DNA of 64,000 nt from an uncultured Hormoscilla sp. (GCA_963921275.4 OZ001293.3:5248001-5312000); one strand, 5' to 3'; positions 37,093-48,385 are shown, counted from the stretch's first letter. Numbers and translations are program-made. The notes: generated by a model from the letters alone, not told the origin.

Positions 37093-40000
37093 ATGGTGCA
37101 TATCAAGCGCCTGGAACTCACCAATTTCAAGTCCTTCGGCGGCACAAAGGGAATTCCTTTGCTGCCTGGGTTTACCGTGGTTTCTGGACCAAACGGTTCG
37201 GGCAAATCGAATATCCTGGATGCGCTGCTGTTTTGTCTAGGCTTGTCCAGTTCTAAGGGCATGCGGGCAGAACGCCTACCGGATTTGATCAATCATAACC
37301 AAAAGGACCGCAAAATCAAAGAAGCCAGCGTCACCGTCACCTTTGACTTGGGGTCCGATATCGATGGAGGCGAGTCCCAGGACTGGACTGTCAGCCGCAG
37401 AATCAGAGTCACCCGTAAGGGCTACACATCCACATACTACATCAATGGTGAAACTGCCACCCTCACGGAACTGCATGCAGAACTCAACCGCCTGCGGATT
37501 TATCCAGAAGGCTATAATGTGGTGCTGCAAGGGGATGTCACCAGCATTATTTCCATGAACTCCAGGGCCAGGCGGGAGATCATTGATGAATTAGCTGGCA
37601 TAGCCGAGTTTGACCGCAAAATTGACCAGGCGAAAGAAAAGTTAGATGCTGTCAAGGAGCGCGAACAAAGTTCTCGGATTATAGAAAAGGAACTGATTGG
37701 CCAGCGCGATCGCCTGGCCGCAAACCGGGCCAAAGCCGAACAATACCAGCAGCTGCGCGCTCGACTACAGCAACAGCAACAGTGGGAGGTGCTGCTCAAA
37801 TGGCGATCGCTCAAGCAGCAAGTCTGGCAGCTGCGAGAACAGATATCCGCAGGCGATCGCTCCCAGGCCCAGCTGAAAGACCAGGAAAATAGTATATCAA
37901 ATCAAATAAGTCAAGTGACTGCTGAACTGGACAGCCTCAACGCTAGGGTAAAAGCTTTGGGAGAAGAGGATATGCTGGCTTTACAATCAACTCTAGCAAC
38001 CCAGCAAGCCGAACAGCGGCAACTGGAACAGCGGCAGGGGGAACTAGGATCCAGGGAGAAAAATATTAAAGCAACGATAGCTAGCAGCGAGCAAGAAATT
38101 CAGACCGCCAGACAATCTATAGAGGCTTTAGGATCGCAATACCAGCAAGAGACCCAGCACCGCCAGTCAAGAGAACGGGAAGTTACCAGGGCCCAAGCAG
38201 AATTGGAGCAATGCCGGGAAGCCACAAGTGCGATCGCCACCGCAGCTCAAGAATGGGTACAGAAACAAGGAGACCTGAACCGGCAAATAGAGACCATACT
38301 GCAAACCCTAGACCCCCAACGTGCCGAACTGGCCCAGTTAGGAGAACGCCAGCACCAGCTCGCTCGGGTCATACAGGAGCAACAACAGCTGATCGAGACC
38401 CTAGAGCCAGAAATGGCTAGCAAACAGGTGCTCTTAGGAGAATTGCAAGGAAAAATAACTAGCTCTACTCGAGAAATCCAAGCGATCGGTCAATCCCTAG
38501 GGACGGTAGAATCAGAACTGCAAACCCAGCTGGAGACGCAAAAACGGCTGCTAGGAGAGCAACGAGACAAGCAGCGGCAACTGGATAAGCTAGAAGCCCA
38601 AGCCCAAGCCCAGCAAGAAGTCCAGGGCACCTATGCTAGCAAACTGATCTTGAAAAGAAGAATAGCAGGAGTTTGCGGATTAGTGGCCCAGCTGGGAATC
38701 GTAGAACCGCGCTATCAGTTAGCATTAGAAATAGCCGCAGGGGGGCGGATGGGGAATTTAGTCGTCGAAGATGATGGCCTTGCAGCAGCCTCGATCGCAC
38801 TGCTCAAACAAGAACGTGCTGGTCGAGCCACTTTCTTACCGTTAAGTAAAATTAGACCTCCGAAATTTTCTTTCCCTATGCAGATGCGCTGGGCAAAAGG
38901 ATTTATTGACTTCGCTATTAATTTGATAGAATGCGACCCCCGCTATCGGGATATATTTGCTTATGTCTTCGGGAATACTGCAGTCTTTTCTGACTTAGAA
39001 ACGGCCTGCTGCCAGCTGGGGAAATGCCGCATTGTCACCTTGTCCGGTGAACTGCTGGAAGCTTCTGGGGCTATGACTGGTGGCAGCGGCAACCAAGGTT
39101 CCGGGCTGCATTTTGGCTCCCAAGAAGCCACAGAGTTGGCAGAAGTCCTGGCTCTCAGAGAACGTTTGCAGGCGATCGCCCTAATCTTGGCTCGTTGTGA
39201 AGAGGAAATACAGGGCCTGGAAGTGGCCAAAGCACAGCAGTCCGTGCAGTTGATGGAAGCAAAGGCTAATCAGAGGGAAAACCAGCTACGCTTAGAACAG
39301 CTGCAAAAAGAGATTAAAACAATATCTGAGCAAAAAGAGCAGGCTAACCGGCAATTGACCAAGCATCAGCAGGAAGCAACCGCCACTAGCGAACGCTTGC
39401 AGGTGCTGCACAAGGAGTTACCAGCCCTGGAGGAGCAACTGGTGCAACATCGGCAAGCCCTAGCAGAACTGGAGAAAGATGAAACGACAAGCGAATGGCA
39501 GCAGCTTCAGGCAAACATAAGGTCCAAAGAAGCCCAGCTGTCAGAACGCCAAAAGGCCCTGCGAGAATCAGAACAGCGGTTGCAGGATCTGGAAAATCGG
39601 CGCGAGCGCACTCAGGCAAAAATCCAGGAATTAGAACAACGTATAGTTGAATTGTCTCAAGAGCAATCACTCCTCGGCGTCGATCTCTGTGAAGTCAGCG
39701 CTCAGCAATCAGCACTCAGCAGTCAGATAGGGGAAACACAAACGCAACTGTCAGAGATTTCCGAGAGATTAGCAGTAGTCAAACAGGAACGCAATCGGGT
39801 AGAAGAAAAACTGCGGGAATTACATCTGCAGCAACAACAGCTACAATTCCAGCTCGGCAAGCTAGCAGAAGCTCAGCAAACCCGTCGCCAGGAACTAGAA
39901 ACCCTGGTTCGCCAGCTGGAAACCACTCAGACAGAACTGCCCGACCCATTACCGGAGGTACCAGAATATCTGAGCATCTCACAGCTGCAAAAAGAACTGC

Positions 40001-40629
40001 GCAGCCTGCAAAAGCGCCTGCAAGCACTCGAACCAGTCAACATGCTAGCAATCGAAGAATACGATCACACTCAAGGGCGGCTAGAGGAACTTACAGAGAA
40101 ACTAACTATACTAGAGAAAGAGCGGACAGAACTGCTACTGCGGATAGAGAACTTCACCACCCTGCGGCGGAAAGCCTTCAAAGGGGCCTTCGACGCCGTT
40201 AACGAAAACTTCCAGACCATATTTGCCGAACTGTCCGACGGCGACGGCTACTTGCAGCTAGAGGCTCCTCAAGACCCCACTAGCGGCGGTCTCAACCTGG
40301 TAGCCCATCCCAAAGGGAAGCCAGTGCAGCGGTTAGCCTCTATGTCCGGCGGCGAAAAATCCTTGACAGCACTGAGTTTTATCTTTGCCCTGCAACGGTA
40401 TCGCCCCTCGCCCTTCTACGCCTTTGACGAAGTGGATATGTTTCTGGATGGAGCAAACGTAGAGAAATTAGCTAAAATGATTAAACGGCAAGCTATGCAA
40501 GCACAGTTCATAGTAGTGAGTCTGCGACGCCCCATGATTGAATCCTCAGAGCGTACCATTGGCGTTACTCAAGCCCGGGGAGCCTATACCCAAGTGCTGG
40601 GCATCAAAATACCGCCCCAACAGACATAG
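37093..40629 (+). CDS. smc: Chromosome segregation protein SMC
   Basis: GPNGSGKSN Walker A, hinge GRATFLPL, MSGGEKS signature, DEVD; 1178 aa. Confidence 0.98.
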   Translation: MVHIKRLELTNFKSFGGTKGIPLLPGFTVVSGPNGSGKSNILDALLFCLGLSSSKGMRAERLPDLINHNQKDRKIKEASVTVTFDLGSDIDGGESQDWTVSRRIRVTRKGYTSTYYINGETATLTELHAELNRLRIYPEGYNVVLQGDVTSIISMNSRARREIIDELAGIAEFDRKIDQAKEKLDAVKEREQSSRIIEKELIGQRDRLAANRAKAEQYQQLRARLQQQQQWEVLLKWRSLKQQVWQLREQISAGDRSQAQLKDQENSISNQISQVTAELDSLNARVKALGEEDMLALQSTLATQQAEQRQLEQRQGELGSREKNIKATIASSEQEIQTARQSIEALGSQYQQETQHRQSREREVTRAQAELEQCREATSAIATAAQEWVQKQGDLNRQIETILQTLDPQRAELAQLGERQHQLARVIQEQQQLIETLEPEMASKQVLLGELQGKITSSTREIQAIGQSLGTVESELQTQLETQKRLLGEQRDKQRQLDKLEAQAQAQQEVQGTYASKLILKRRIAGVCGLVAQLGIVEPRYQLALEIAAGGRMGNLVVEDDGLAAASIALLKQERAGRATFLPLSKIRPPKFSFPMQMRWAKGFIDFAINLIECDPRYRDIFAYVFGNTAVFSDLETACCQLGKCRIVTLSGELLEASGAMTGGSGNQGSGLHFGSQEATELAEVLALRERLQAIALILARCEEEIQGLEVAKAQQSVQLMEAKANQRENQLRLEQLQKEIKTISEQKEQANRQLTKHQQEATATSERLQVLHKELPALEEQLVQHRQALAELEKDETTSEWQQLQANIRSKEAQLSERQKALRESEQRLQDLENRRERTQAKIQELEQRIVELSQEQSLLGVDLCEVSAQQSALSSQIGETQTQLSEISERLAVVKQERNRVEEKLRELHLQQQQLQFQLGKLAEAQQTRRQELETLVRQLETTQTELPDPLPEVPEYLSISQLQKELRSLQKRLQALEPVNMLAIEEYDHTQGRLEELTEKLTILEKERTELLLRIENFTTLRRKAFKGAFDAVNENFQTIFAELSDGDGYLQLEAPQDPTSGGLNLVAHPKGKPVQRLASMSGGEKSLTALSFIFALQRYRPSPFYAFDEVDMFLDGANVEKLAKMIKRQAMQAQFIVVSLRRPMIESSERTIGVTQARGAYTQVLGIKIPPQQT

Positions 40630-40636
40630 CTTCCGA

Positions 40637-40749
40637 GGCGTTGCACAATCACGGGATGATGGGCATAGTTGCAGCACTTTTAAACTTAGAGTACAAGCTA
40701 TTTTCTGTTATGTGCAAAAAAGGGAATCATCCCCAAAATGTGCAACGCC
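40637..40749. mobile_element. MITE with IS1-type TIRs
   Basis: 8-bp TSD GCTTCCGA; close to the copy at 27699-27812. Confidence 0.9.
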
Positions 40750-40819
40750 GCTTCCGATTAGCTAATAGTATTATTAGTACATACAATTTGATCAGATCAA
40801 CAGAACTCTGCCCATTATA

Positions 40820-41848
40820 ATGATGCCCGAACAAATCATCCAACGCTCAGAATTTCTGGGAACCCAAGTGATCACCCGCGATACTGGCAAGCGCCTAGGG
40901 GTGGTGAGTCAACTGTGGGTAGATATCGATCGGCAAGAGGTCGTAGCAGTTAGTCTAAGAGAGAACCTGATCGCAGGACTGCTCTCCTCGATACCACGGT
41001 ATATGTACCTGAGCAGCATTCGTCAGATTGGCGACGTGATCCTAGTTGACGATGACAACGTCATCGAGGATATTGATGTAGAAGCATACAGCAGCCTGAT
41101 TAACAGCGAAGTGATCACAGAAGCAGGCGAGATGCTAGGTAGGGTAAGAGGCTTCAAATTCTCCGACAATGACTATAAGGTTTGCGCTTTGATCATTGCC
41201 TCCTTAGGGATACCCCAGATTCCCGATCGGGTTGTGAGTACCTACGAATTGCCGATCGACCAAATCGTCAGCAGTGGCCCAAACCGCCTGATAGTATTTG
41301 AAGGTGCTGAAGAACAGTTAATTCAGCTGAGTGTAGGATGGCTAGAACGCCTAGGAATTGGTGAAGCGCCCTGGGAACGAGAAGGAGAAGAAGCCTACAT
41401 GCTCCCCACAATCCAGACAGACAAACAGCTGGGTCCGGGAACCCCCGTCAGAACTGCCAAACCAATCCGCCAAACTGCACCAGTAGTTGAAGAGACCTGG
41501 AATGAGGATAATTGGCAAGAACCGGAAGCTGAACCGATACGCAAGTTGCAGCCAGAACCGGTTTACGAGGAATTAGAACAAGATAACTGGGGCGAGACAA
41601 CCTCTGCGGTGTATCCTAGTGCTGTGTCTCCCGAGAGCGCTAGTCGCACAAAAGGGGAGACACCGAGCGAACAATACGGCAAGAAAGCCTATGCCGAACT
41701 AGAGTCTTACGATTACTATGAAGATGATTACGACGACATGTCCAAAGATGCCTGGGCTGATGATGAGCCGGAAGCCTACAAACCCCCGCGCGTAAACATT
41801 CCCGAAAAGACTAAGAAACCAGAGTACGAAGGAGAGATGGATTATTAG
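40820..41848 (+). CDS. PRC-barrel domain protein with acidic tail
   Basis: LGTQVITRDTGKRLGVV and IRQIGDVILV motifs; typical smc neighbour. Confidence 0.88.
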   Translation: MMPEQIIQRSEFLGTQVITRDTGKRLGVVSQLWVDIDRQEVVAVSLRENLIAGLLSSIPRYMYLSSIRQIGDVILVDDDNVIEDIDVEAYSSLINSEVITEAGEMLGRVRGFKFSDNDYKVCALIIASLGIPQIPDRVVSTYELPIDQIVSSGPNRLIVFEGAEEQLIQLSVGWLERLGIGEAPWEREGEEAYMLPTIQTDKQLGPGTPVRTAKPIRQTAPVVEETWNEDNWQEPEAEPIRKLQPEPVYEELEQDNWGETTSAVYPSAVSPESASRTKGETPSEQYGKKAYAELESYDYYEDDYDDMSKDAWADDEPEAYKPPRVNIPEKTKKPEYEGEMDY

Positions 41849-41897
41849 TAATGGGTAGAAAGTCTTGCCGGAAAGACAAATCAGCTAGACTTAAAGT

Positions 41898-42701
41898 ATG
41901 TCTATTCAAACATTTCCCCTGGCAACAGTCAAAAAAATCAGACAGTATATCAAAAATATGCTGGTGGTGCCGGACTCAGAAAACCATCCCAAAGGGTGGG
42001 TTTCCTTTGAGGAAGTAGACGATCTACCTGAACCAGAGTCTCTGGAGCAACTGGGGGATTTGTTTAAGTTTTCCAGTCCCCTAGACGCCCAAATGCCAGC
42101 ACCTAACACAGCCGGGAGTTGGTTTATCAGTACCGTTAACCCTGGATCGGTGTTTGGCAAGTTGCCAGGGTTGAAACTGAAATCGGGGTGGCGGTTAGTA
42201 AGCTATCTTTATCGTCAGCAGGATAATGGTGTGGGCATTACCTGGGCAGTACCAGAGGCGATGAGTACAACAGCAGAGTTGGAAAATGCTCTGGCAGATA
42301 GTAGCGATGATTTAAATCCGCCTCACCCAGCTGCGGCATTGCCAGATTTTATGGAAGCTTTAGAGGGCGATCGATCGCCTAGGTCTTTTCTAATCGCCTC
42401 TCTGCTGCGCCGAGAACTAGAGGAATTTGGACGCTTGGGCAAGAATTGCCGATGGAGCAATCACCGGCTGATTAACGAAATTCCCGCCCAAGTGAAATGG
42501 CAGTGGAAAACCTCCTCAGCCCCCAAAGACCTCTCTACCAAAGTACAGGTTTTGCCCGATGGCAAAGTCGCCGTGGAGTTTTTTACCTTACAAGTTACCC
42601 AACCTGTAGTTATCTGCTGTCATATGGAGCGGTACCCAGCCTCTGGATACAATGCCAAATATGTCGATCAGCCCGTAGCGATTCCAGTCCGTAAAACTTA
42701 G
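41898..42701 (+). CDS. Hypothetical protein
   Basis: Intact 267-aa ORF co-oriented with the smc cluster. Confidence 0.75.
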   Translation: MSIQTFPLATVKKIRQYIKNMLVVPDSENHPKGWVSFEEVDDLPEPESLEQLGDLFKFSSPLDAQMPAPNTAGSWFISTVNPGSVFGKLPGLKLKSGWRLVSYLYRQQDNGVGITWAVPEAMSTTAELENALADSSDDLNPPHPAAALPDFMEALEGDRSPRSFLIASLLRRELEEFGRLGKNCRWSNHRLINEIPAQVKWQWKTSSAPKDLSTKVQVLPDGKVAVEFFTLQVTQPVVICCHMERYPASGYNAKYVDQPVAIPVRKT

Positions 42702-43370
42702 CTCATTGGCCTAAGGTAGGACTTGTCTCGCCCGTCCGAGACCTAGAACTCATGGAGCGCGGTCAAGAGCAGTTGATAGAGTAGAGCAATTTATTTTGTC
42801 GCGACCTGAACTTAAGTTTTGCAGCGAACCGAGAAAATTTGTTGAGTCAATATGCCGGGATTTTGAAGATGGAAAAGTGCTTGATGCAGATCCAGATGAA
42901 GCAGCTTTAGTGATGTAATACTGTGCTCGGGATGAACCCAACATATGCTTGTCAAAAAGGTGCTCGCTAAAGAGCTGCAGTTGACAGTTGCTGTTCCCTC
43001 TGCTCCTTAATAGGAGTCATCGTGAGTTCTTACCCTGGAATGAGGATTTAATAATGTGTCAAACTCGTCTGAAACGCCCGCGCTGACAATACTTTATGGC
43101 TTCTCGGATGAGCATCTTGTTTAATCCTTGTTCCACTGTATGAGGCAACAAGTTTCAACCTATATTCCGCACGACAAAATGTATTACGTAATGATGACAA
43201 CCGCTTGTTGATGAAAGCGAACCGAAAACATCTTATCCGTATAAAAAATTATACGTTTTGTTGGCCAAATCGTCAGACATATTACGTGTTACAAAATGTC
43301 GTGCAATTGCAATCGTACCGTATCATTACATATTCCTATGTATTACGATTTGTAGTGCAAAATATAGGTT

Positions 43371-44618
43371 TCAACCAGCTTGACTACAGATGCCAAACAC
43401 AGAAGTATAGCCATTTAGAAAGGTGTTCCCGCCCACTGGTCCGATTTCGCCATTGCAGAAAAAGCCACTCAGGGGAATATCGTCCAGATAGCGTTGAAAC
43501 AGCTGAGAGTCAAAATTGGGGTGTCCGTAAAGTCCTTCTCCTCGTCCCATGCAGGCGAACATTAAGGCCCCGGCGGCGGCCCCCTTGGCAGACTGCTTTT
43601 GATAGCGCTGCAACAGCAGGTCTAAATCTTCAGCAGATGCTTGGGCGTCTCGCAGGTGAAATTGAATCCGCTGACCCAGACGCACCCGATCGCCGATCGC
43701 GATCGCCCCGGCTTTGGGATCGACTCCCAGCAAATTGCGGATTAAAAAGTCCCCATGTTGCAGTTGCAGCTTAAATTCATCCCGGGCAATACCTACAAAC
43801 AGGGAGTGTTCGGCCAACTCCCGGTCTTTTTCGCTCAAAGTTGCCACCATCTCCCGCAACAGTTCTAGAGGCGGGCGTGACTTGCCACCACCACCCAGAG
43901 TCGATTCTACATCGGACTCCGACAGGGCTAGCACAATATTTCGCTCTCCGGACGTCACCCGGAACGTTGGCCCGATCGGGCGACATCCCTGAGCTACAAT
44001 TGTTTCCATCACTATATTGCCACTCAATGCCACTCCCACCGCGCCATCTCGGTAGAGCTGGTAATTGCAAAACAAACTACTGCCCGACCCCACGCGCTCG
44101 CCGCTAGCCAGGCCCCCCACCTTCACGGACCCAGGGTAAGCATAATCCAATCCCTGGAGTAGGTCGTTGATGCCAGCCGAAAATGGATCGGCTAAGATGA
44201 TAAACTGCGGACCGACAGCAGGGGAAACACTGATCGCCCGGGCCCAAGCGTCCGGGGGACTATCTAGATCCGGCAATGCCTCGGAAGCCACGTGAAAAGC
44301 TTTCGCCTCCACTCCGGGCAGCTGAGCTAAAGTAATACTGAGGGCTGCCGAACCTTCCAGTTCCAGGGCCTTTCTTTGCTGGTTCATGCCAATCACGCCG
44401 CCGCCGCCGCAACCAATCAGCGCTGGCACCGACAACCGTTCTTGCAGCAGGGGCATGAGGCGGGAATACTCGCTAGCGAAAGCATTGGAAATAAACACTA
44501 GGGCCAAAGAAGCCTCCCCTGGTAATAGTTCCCGGAGGTTCTCGCAGACTTCTATGACTGCTGCTTCCAAAGAAGCACGGGTTGATAAGGCATTTGCCCA
44601 TTTCATTTGATTGTTCAT
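43371..44618 (-). CDS. FIST N/C domain protein
   Basis: VGGLASG, VAQGCRPIG and FFCNGEIGP motifs; likely start MNNQMKW. Confidence 0.9.
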   Translation of the reverse strand: MNNQMKWANALSTRASLEAAVIEVCENLRELLPGEASLALVFISNAFASEYSRLMPLLQERLSVPALIGCGGGGVIGMNQQRKALELEGSAALSITLAQLPGVEAKAFHVASEALPDLDSPPDAWARAISVSPAVGPQFIILADPFSAGINDLLQGLDYAYPGSVKVGGLASGERVGSGSSLFCNYQLYRDGAVGVALSGNIVMETIVAQGCRPIGPTFRVTSGERNIVLALSESDVESTLGGGGKSRPPLELLREMVATLSEKDRELAEHSLFVGIARDEFKLQLQHGDFLIRNLLGVDPKAGAIAIGDRVRLGQRIQFHLRDAQASAEDLDLLLQRYQKQSAKGAAAGALMFACMGRGEGLYGHPNFDSQLFQRYLDDIPLSGFFCNGEIGPVGGNTFLNGYTSVFGICSQAG

Positions 44619-45106
44619 AGTTAGAAATTGTATATAGTTTCCGTCGTAGCAGTCAAATGTCCGCAGCCAGGGCCACCGTCGCGCCCGTTCGCGCAGTGTG
44701 GGGCAGCCATGGGCCTCTAGAACATCAGTCAAGTTGAAGCTAGAAACCGGGTTTTTGGTGCCGCTATCTTAGAGAGATCGATGTTCTGACAAGAGAAACC
44801 TGGTTATCAGTACCGACTCTCTAGATCCTATCGGTTCGTCCAGATTTTCCATCTCCGTGAGGGTCGGTTATCTCTGTTATGCTGGTTCGTATTACCACAA
44901 CTTAGCATATTTTGACAATCTATGTTAACATTTCTATACATAGGCAGCACCAGATCAGGTCGTGAGGGAGGATGGGTGAAATCTTAAAAAATAAGCATAC
45001 ATACAGCTAGTCCTCGCCAAAGTCAGGTACAATCATCGTTAGTGGTGCCTTGCGCCAGAACCGGATCTAGCTGCTCAACTAGCAAAAACATGATTGAGGA
45101 TAATAA

Positions 45107-45328
45107 ATGACTACCCTGCAAGAAAAAATCGAACAAGAACGCGAGCAAGCTCGTGCTGTATGCGATACCAAAGGTGCAACCTCTCCAGAATGTGTCGCGG
45201 CCTATGATGCTCTCGAAGAAATGCAAGCAGAAGCATCGCATCAGAAGGAAATTCCCGGAAAAACCAACTTCGATAAATACTGCGATGAGGATCCTGGTGC
45301 TGCTGAGTGCCGTATATATGAAGACTAG
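45107..45328 (+). CDS. cp12: Calvin cycle regulator CP12
   Basis: Two Cys pairs; C-terminal YCDEDPGAAECRIYED. Confidence 0.93.
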   Translation: MTTLQEKIEQEREQARAVCDTKGATSPECVAAYDALEEMQAEASHQKEIPGKTNFDKYCDEDPGAAECRIYED

Positions 45329-45464
45329 GGCGATCTTTGGCAGCGATCGCGGTCTCCGAGGGTCTGCCGGAGACCTCGCGAGGCTCTGAGCTTGTAAATT
45401 TGACCCAAGACGACCCCGCTAGCAGAGTGCTGGCGGGGTTATTGGCGTCAGGTAGCATGGTGGG

Positions 45465-46109
45465 ATGCTAGGCTTGGGTTTGAGTTTAGCTTTTATCAGC
45501 CTGGAAATGTTTATGGATGAAATGTTGTTGCGAAGTCTTGTCTGGACTGACTACCGCCTGGCGGTAATATTTACAGTGTTGATACCCCTAGGGCTGCTAG
45601 TCTGGGCGGCTGTCAAACGATCGGGGGCGATGGTGCATTTATTAATCATTTACTGGCGAGTTGCGAGTCTGCTAGCAATTACAGTCTATCTGATGATTGC
45701 CGCTATGCCCATCAGTTTTGTCTCGGGTCTGTGCGCCCGCATCTTGATTCCCATCTCCCTGTGGTTTTGGGTGGACCTGAACGAAGAAATTGAAGATTTG
45801 CCGTCATCTCGGCCTTTGAAACTATGCTTTACTGCCTGGCGCTGGGCAGTGACAATTTACACGATCGGGGGCGCTGTGCTCCTGATTCCCAACCTGCGTT
45901 GTGCAGTGCTGGCAAAAGCCCAACTGATCGCCGATCCATTTTGCAACATTTGGCTAGAAGCCCCTTGGGCTTATAAACAGATTTTCCATGCCAACTCTAC
46001 GGAAGGATTTTTAGGGGTTCTGGGGATCCTTGGTTTAATGATTTACGTTCTGTACTTCAGCTCTTTTGTGCTGTTCAAACTAGGCAAGCAAGGACGATCT
46101 GCTGTATAA
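45465..46109 (+). CDS. DUF3177 family membrane protein
   Basis: LVWTDYRLAV..YWRVASLL..SLWFWVDLNEEI; true start may be ~45513. Confidence 0.85.
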   Translation: MLGLGLSLAFISLEMFMDEMLLRSLVWTDYRLAVIFTVLIPLGLLVWAAVKRSGAMVHLLIIYWRVASLLAITVYLMIAAMPISFVSGLCARILIPISLWFWVDLNEEIEDLPSSRPLKLCFTAWRWAVTIYTIGGAVLLIPNLRCAVLAKAQLIADPFCNIWLEAPWAYKQIFHANSTEGFLGVLGILGLMIYVLYFSSFVLFKLGKQGRSAV

Positions 46110-46111
46110 CC

Positions 46112-46411
46112 ATGAATAACTCGATTGCAAACCGTCTGGAACAGTATACGATTAAACGCCCCTCGGAAGTGCTGCTGGTCGCGGCAGAAATTAGTGGAGA
46201 ATCAGACCAAATTCTGATTTTCAAGGGATTTTCTAGTTCCCTCATGCGCCCTACAGCTTTTGACCCCGATGTGCCAGTTCTGCCAGCCTCCGCGAGGATT
46301 GTTAGTATCGATCGGGTAAAAAGTCCCTATAATCTTGATGCTCCCTGTTACATTCAACAGGGACTGACTTGGGAAACTATGGAACCTCTCTTGGCAGAGG
46401 TGGGAGTTTGA
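46112..46411 (+). CDS. Conserved cyanobacterial hypothetical protein
   Basis: IFKGFSSSLM.PTAFDPD motif; coupled to the upstream gene. Confidence 0.8.
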   Translation: MNNSIANRLEQYTIKRPSEVLLVAAEISGESDQILIFKGFSSSLMRPTAFDPDVPVLPASARIVSIDRVKSPYNLDAPCYIQQGLTWETMEPLLAEVGV

Positions 46412-46460
46412 TTCTTCTGTACCGAGGCAAGGGATCGGCTTGCCTCGGTCATCTATGATA

Positions 46461-47472
46461 ACCTAAGTTGCGACCTATTAAAAAAAATATGAATTACCCA
46501 CTTATACTTTACAGATATTTGGGATATTTCGTAGCTTTTGATACAAAATTATATTTTTTTTGTGCTAGACGGCGGGTTGGCTGTTTATAGGTTATAATGT
46601 ACTAAAATAATAGTTAATTGCTGGGGGATGTAGATGATGGAAGATATGATTACAACAATTTTTGTTCTTTGTGACGAGCTACTAAAAGCGTTAAATATAA
46701 AAGAAGATCCACAAGTAAAAATGAACAATGCCGAAGTGATGACAGTCGGATTAGTTGCTGCATATTTTTTCGGAGGACACCACGATCGCTCTTATAAATT
46801 TATAGTCGAACACAAGTATATAAAAAATCTGTTAAGTAAAAGTAGGTTCAATCGTCGATTACACAATATTGACGAACCAATTTGGATGTTTTTCTTCCAA
46901 GTTATAGCTCAAACATTTAAAGAGCTCAATCCGGGTCAAGAATATATTCTTGATAGTTTCCCGGTGCCAGTATGTGATAATATTAGGATTGATAGATGCC
47001 AAATTTATAACAAGGAAGAATATCGAGGGTATATTGCCAGTAAAAAACGTTATTTTTATGGATTAAGAGTTCATATGTTGGTAAACAAAAATGGAAAGCT
47101 AATAGAATTTTATCTAGATCCTGGTAGTTATAATGATGTTAAAGTTTTGCAATCTTTTGGCTTTGACTTACCATCAAATTCAATAGTTTATGGAGATAAA
47201 GCTTATAATGATTATCAATTAGAGGATTTACTAAAAGAGTCGTCAAGTATAATGTTAAAACCTTTGCGAAAAAAGAACTCAAAAAGAAAAGAATCTTCTT
47301 GTTTTGAATATATACAAAAAGTAACAAGAAAACAAGTTGAAACCTGTTTTAGTCGAATCACCAATTTGTTTCCCAAGTCAATTCATGCTGTTACATCTAA
47401 GGGATTAGAGTTGAAAATAATTCTCTTTATCATAGCTTTTTGTATCCAATTTTTATAGGTCGCAACTTGAGT
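46461..47472 (+). mobile_element. IS982-family element, copy 2 (transposase 46634-47458)
   Basis: Near-identical to 10928-11939; 7-bp TSD TATGATA. Confidence 0.93.
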
Positions 47473-47473
47473 T

Positions 47474-47899
47474 ATGATAATATTATCTGTAAATTCTCAC
47501 AACACTATAAATATCTTAACAGCCCCCCAAACTCAAACCGAAAACGCCGTAAGGATTGTGGTCACAGAGACGATCGGGGATAATCTCTGTATAGCATGTG
47601 AAGATGGTCAAAAAGTTTATGAACGGATAGCAGCGGCTTTTCACGCTGGCAAGAAGGTGATAGTATCTTTCAAGGATGCTGAAGATATTACTACCGCTTT
47701 CCTGGCAGAGGCGATCGCTCAATTGTACCATGTCTTTCCAGAAGAGCAGGTGGAATCATCTCTCAGGGTCGTGGATATGGAGGAAATTGATGCCATAGAC
47801 CTGGAAGATGCAATATACTGGACAAAGGAATATATCAAAGACCCGGAGCGATATATAGCTGCGGCGAAGGAAGCATTCGGAGATTACTTCTTTGACTAA
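47474..47899 (+). CDS. STAS-like (DUF4325) protein, copy 1; original ATG appears mutated to ATA (47507)
   Basis: EDGQKVY..VIVSFKD..ITTAFLAEAI; paralog of 47996-48385. Confidence 0.65.
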   Translation: MIILSVNSHNTINILTAPQTQTENAVRIVVTETIGDNLCIACEDGQKVYERIAAAFHAGKKVIVSFKDAEDITTAFLAEAIAQLYHVFPEEQVESSLRVVDMEEIDAIDLEDAIYWTKEYIKDPERYIAAAKEAFGDYFFD

Positions 47900-47995
47900 A
47901 TAGTCACCCATAATTGATTCTCCTATAACACAGTTTAATAAATTTTGCTATCATATCATTGTCACGAAATCTGTTAACTAACTCAGGAAGAAGCC

Positions 47996-48385
47996 ATGAA
48001 TATCTTAACAGCCCCCCAGACTCAAACAGAAAACGCCGTAGAGATTGTGGTCACGGAGGCGATCGGGGACACAATATGTATAGCCAGCGAAGATGGCCAG
48101 AAAGTTTATGACCGGATAGCAGCGGCTTTTCAGGCAGGCAAGAAGGTGATAGTATCCTTCAAGGATGCGGAAGATATTACTACCGCTTTCCTGGCAGAGG
48201 CGATCGGCTATTTATACGCAGACTTTCCCGAAGAGCAGGTCGAATCATCTCTCAGGATTGTCGATATGCAGGAAATTGATGCCATAGACCTCGAAGATGC
48301 AATATACTGGGTTAAGGAGTATATAAAAGACCCGCAGAGATTCGAGGCTGCTGCACGAGAAGCGTTTGGTGATTACTATGAGTAA
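47996..48385 (+). CDS. STAS-like (DUF4325) protein, copy 2
   Basis: Same motifs; stop codon overlaps the PIN gene start (ATGAGTAA). Confidence 0.75.
   Translation: MNILTAPQTQTENAVEIVVTEAIGDTICIASEDGQKVYDRIAAAFQAGKKVIVSFKDAEDITTAFLAEAIGYLYADFPEEQVESSLRIVDMQEIDAIDLEDAIYWVKEYIKDPQRFEAAAREAFGDYYE

Noticed and set aside
43205..43774. 189-aa plus-strand ORF and similar antisense ORFs in smc, uvrB and the kinase-helicase
   Set aside because: Shadow ORFs of well-supported genes
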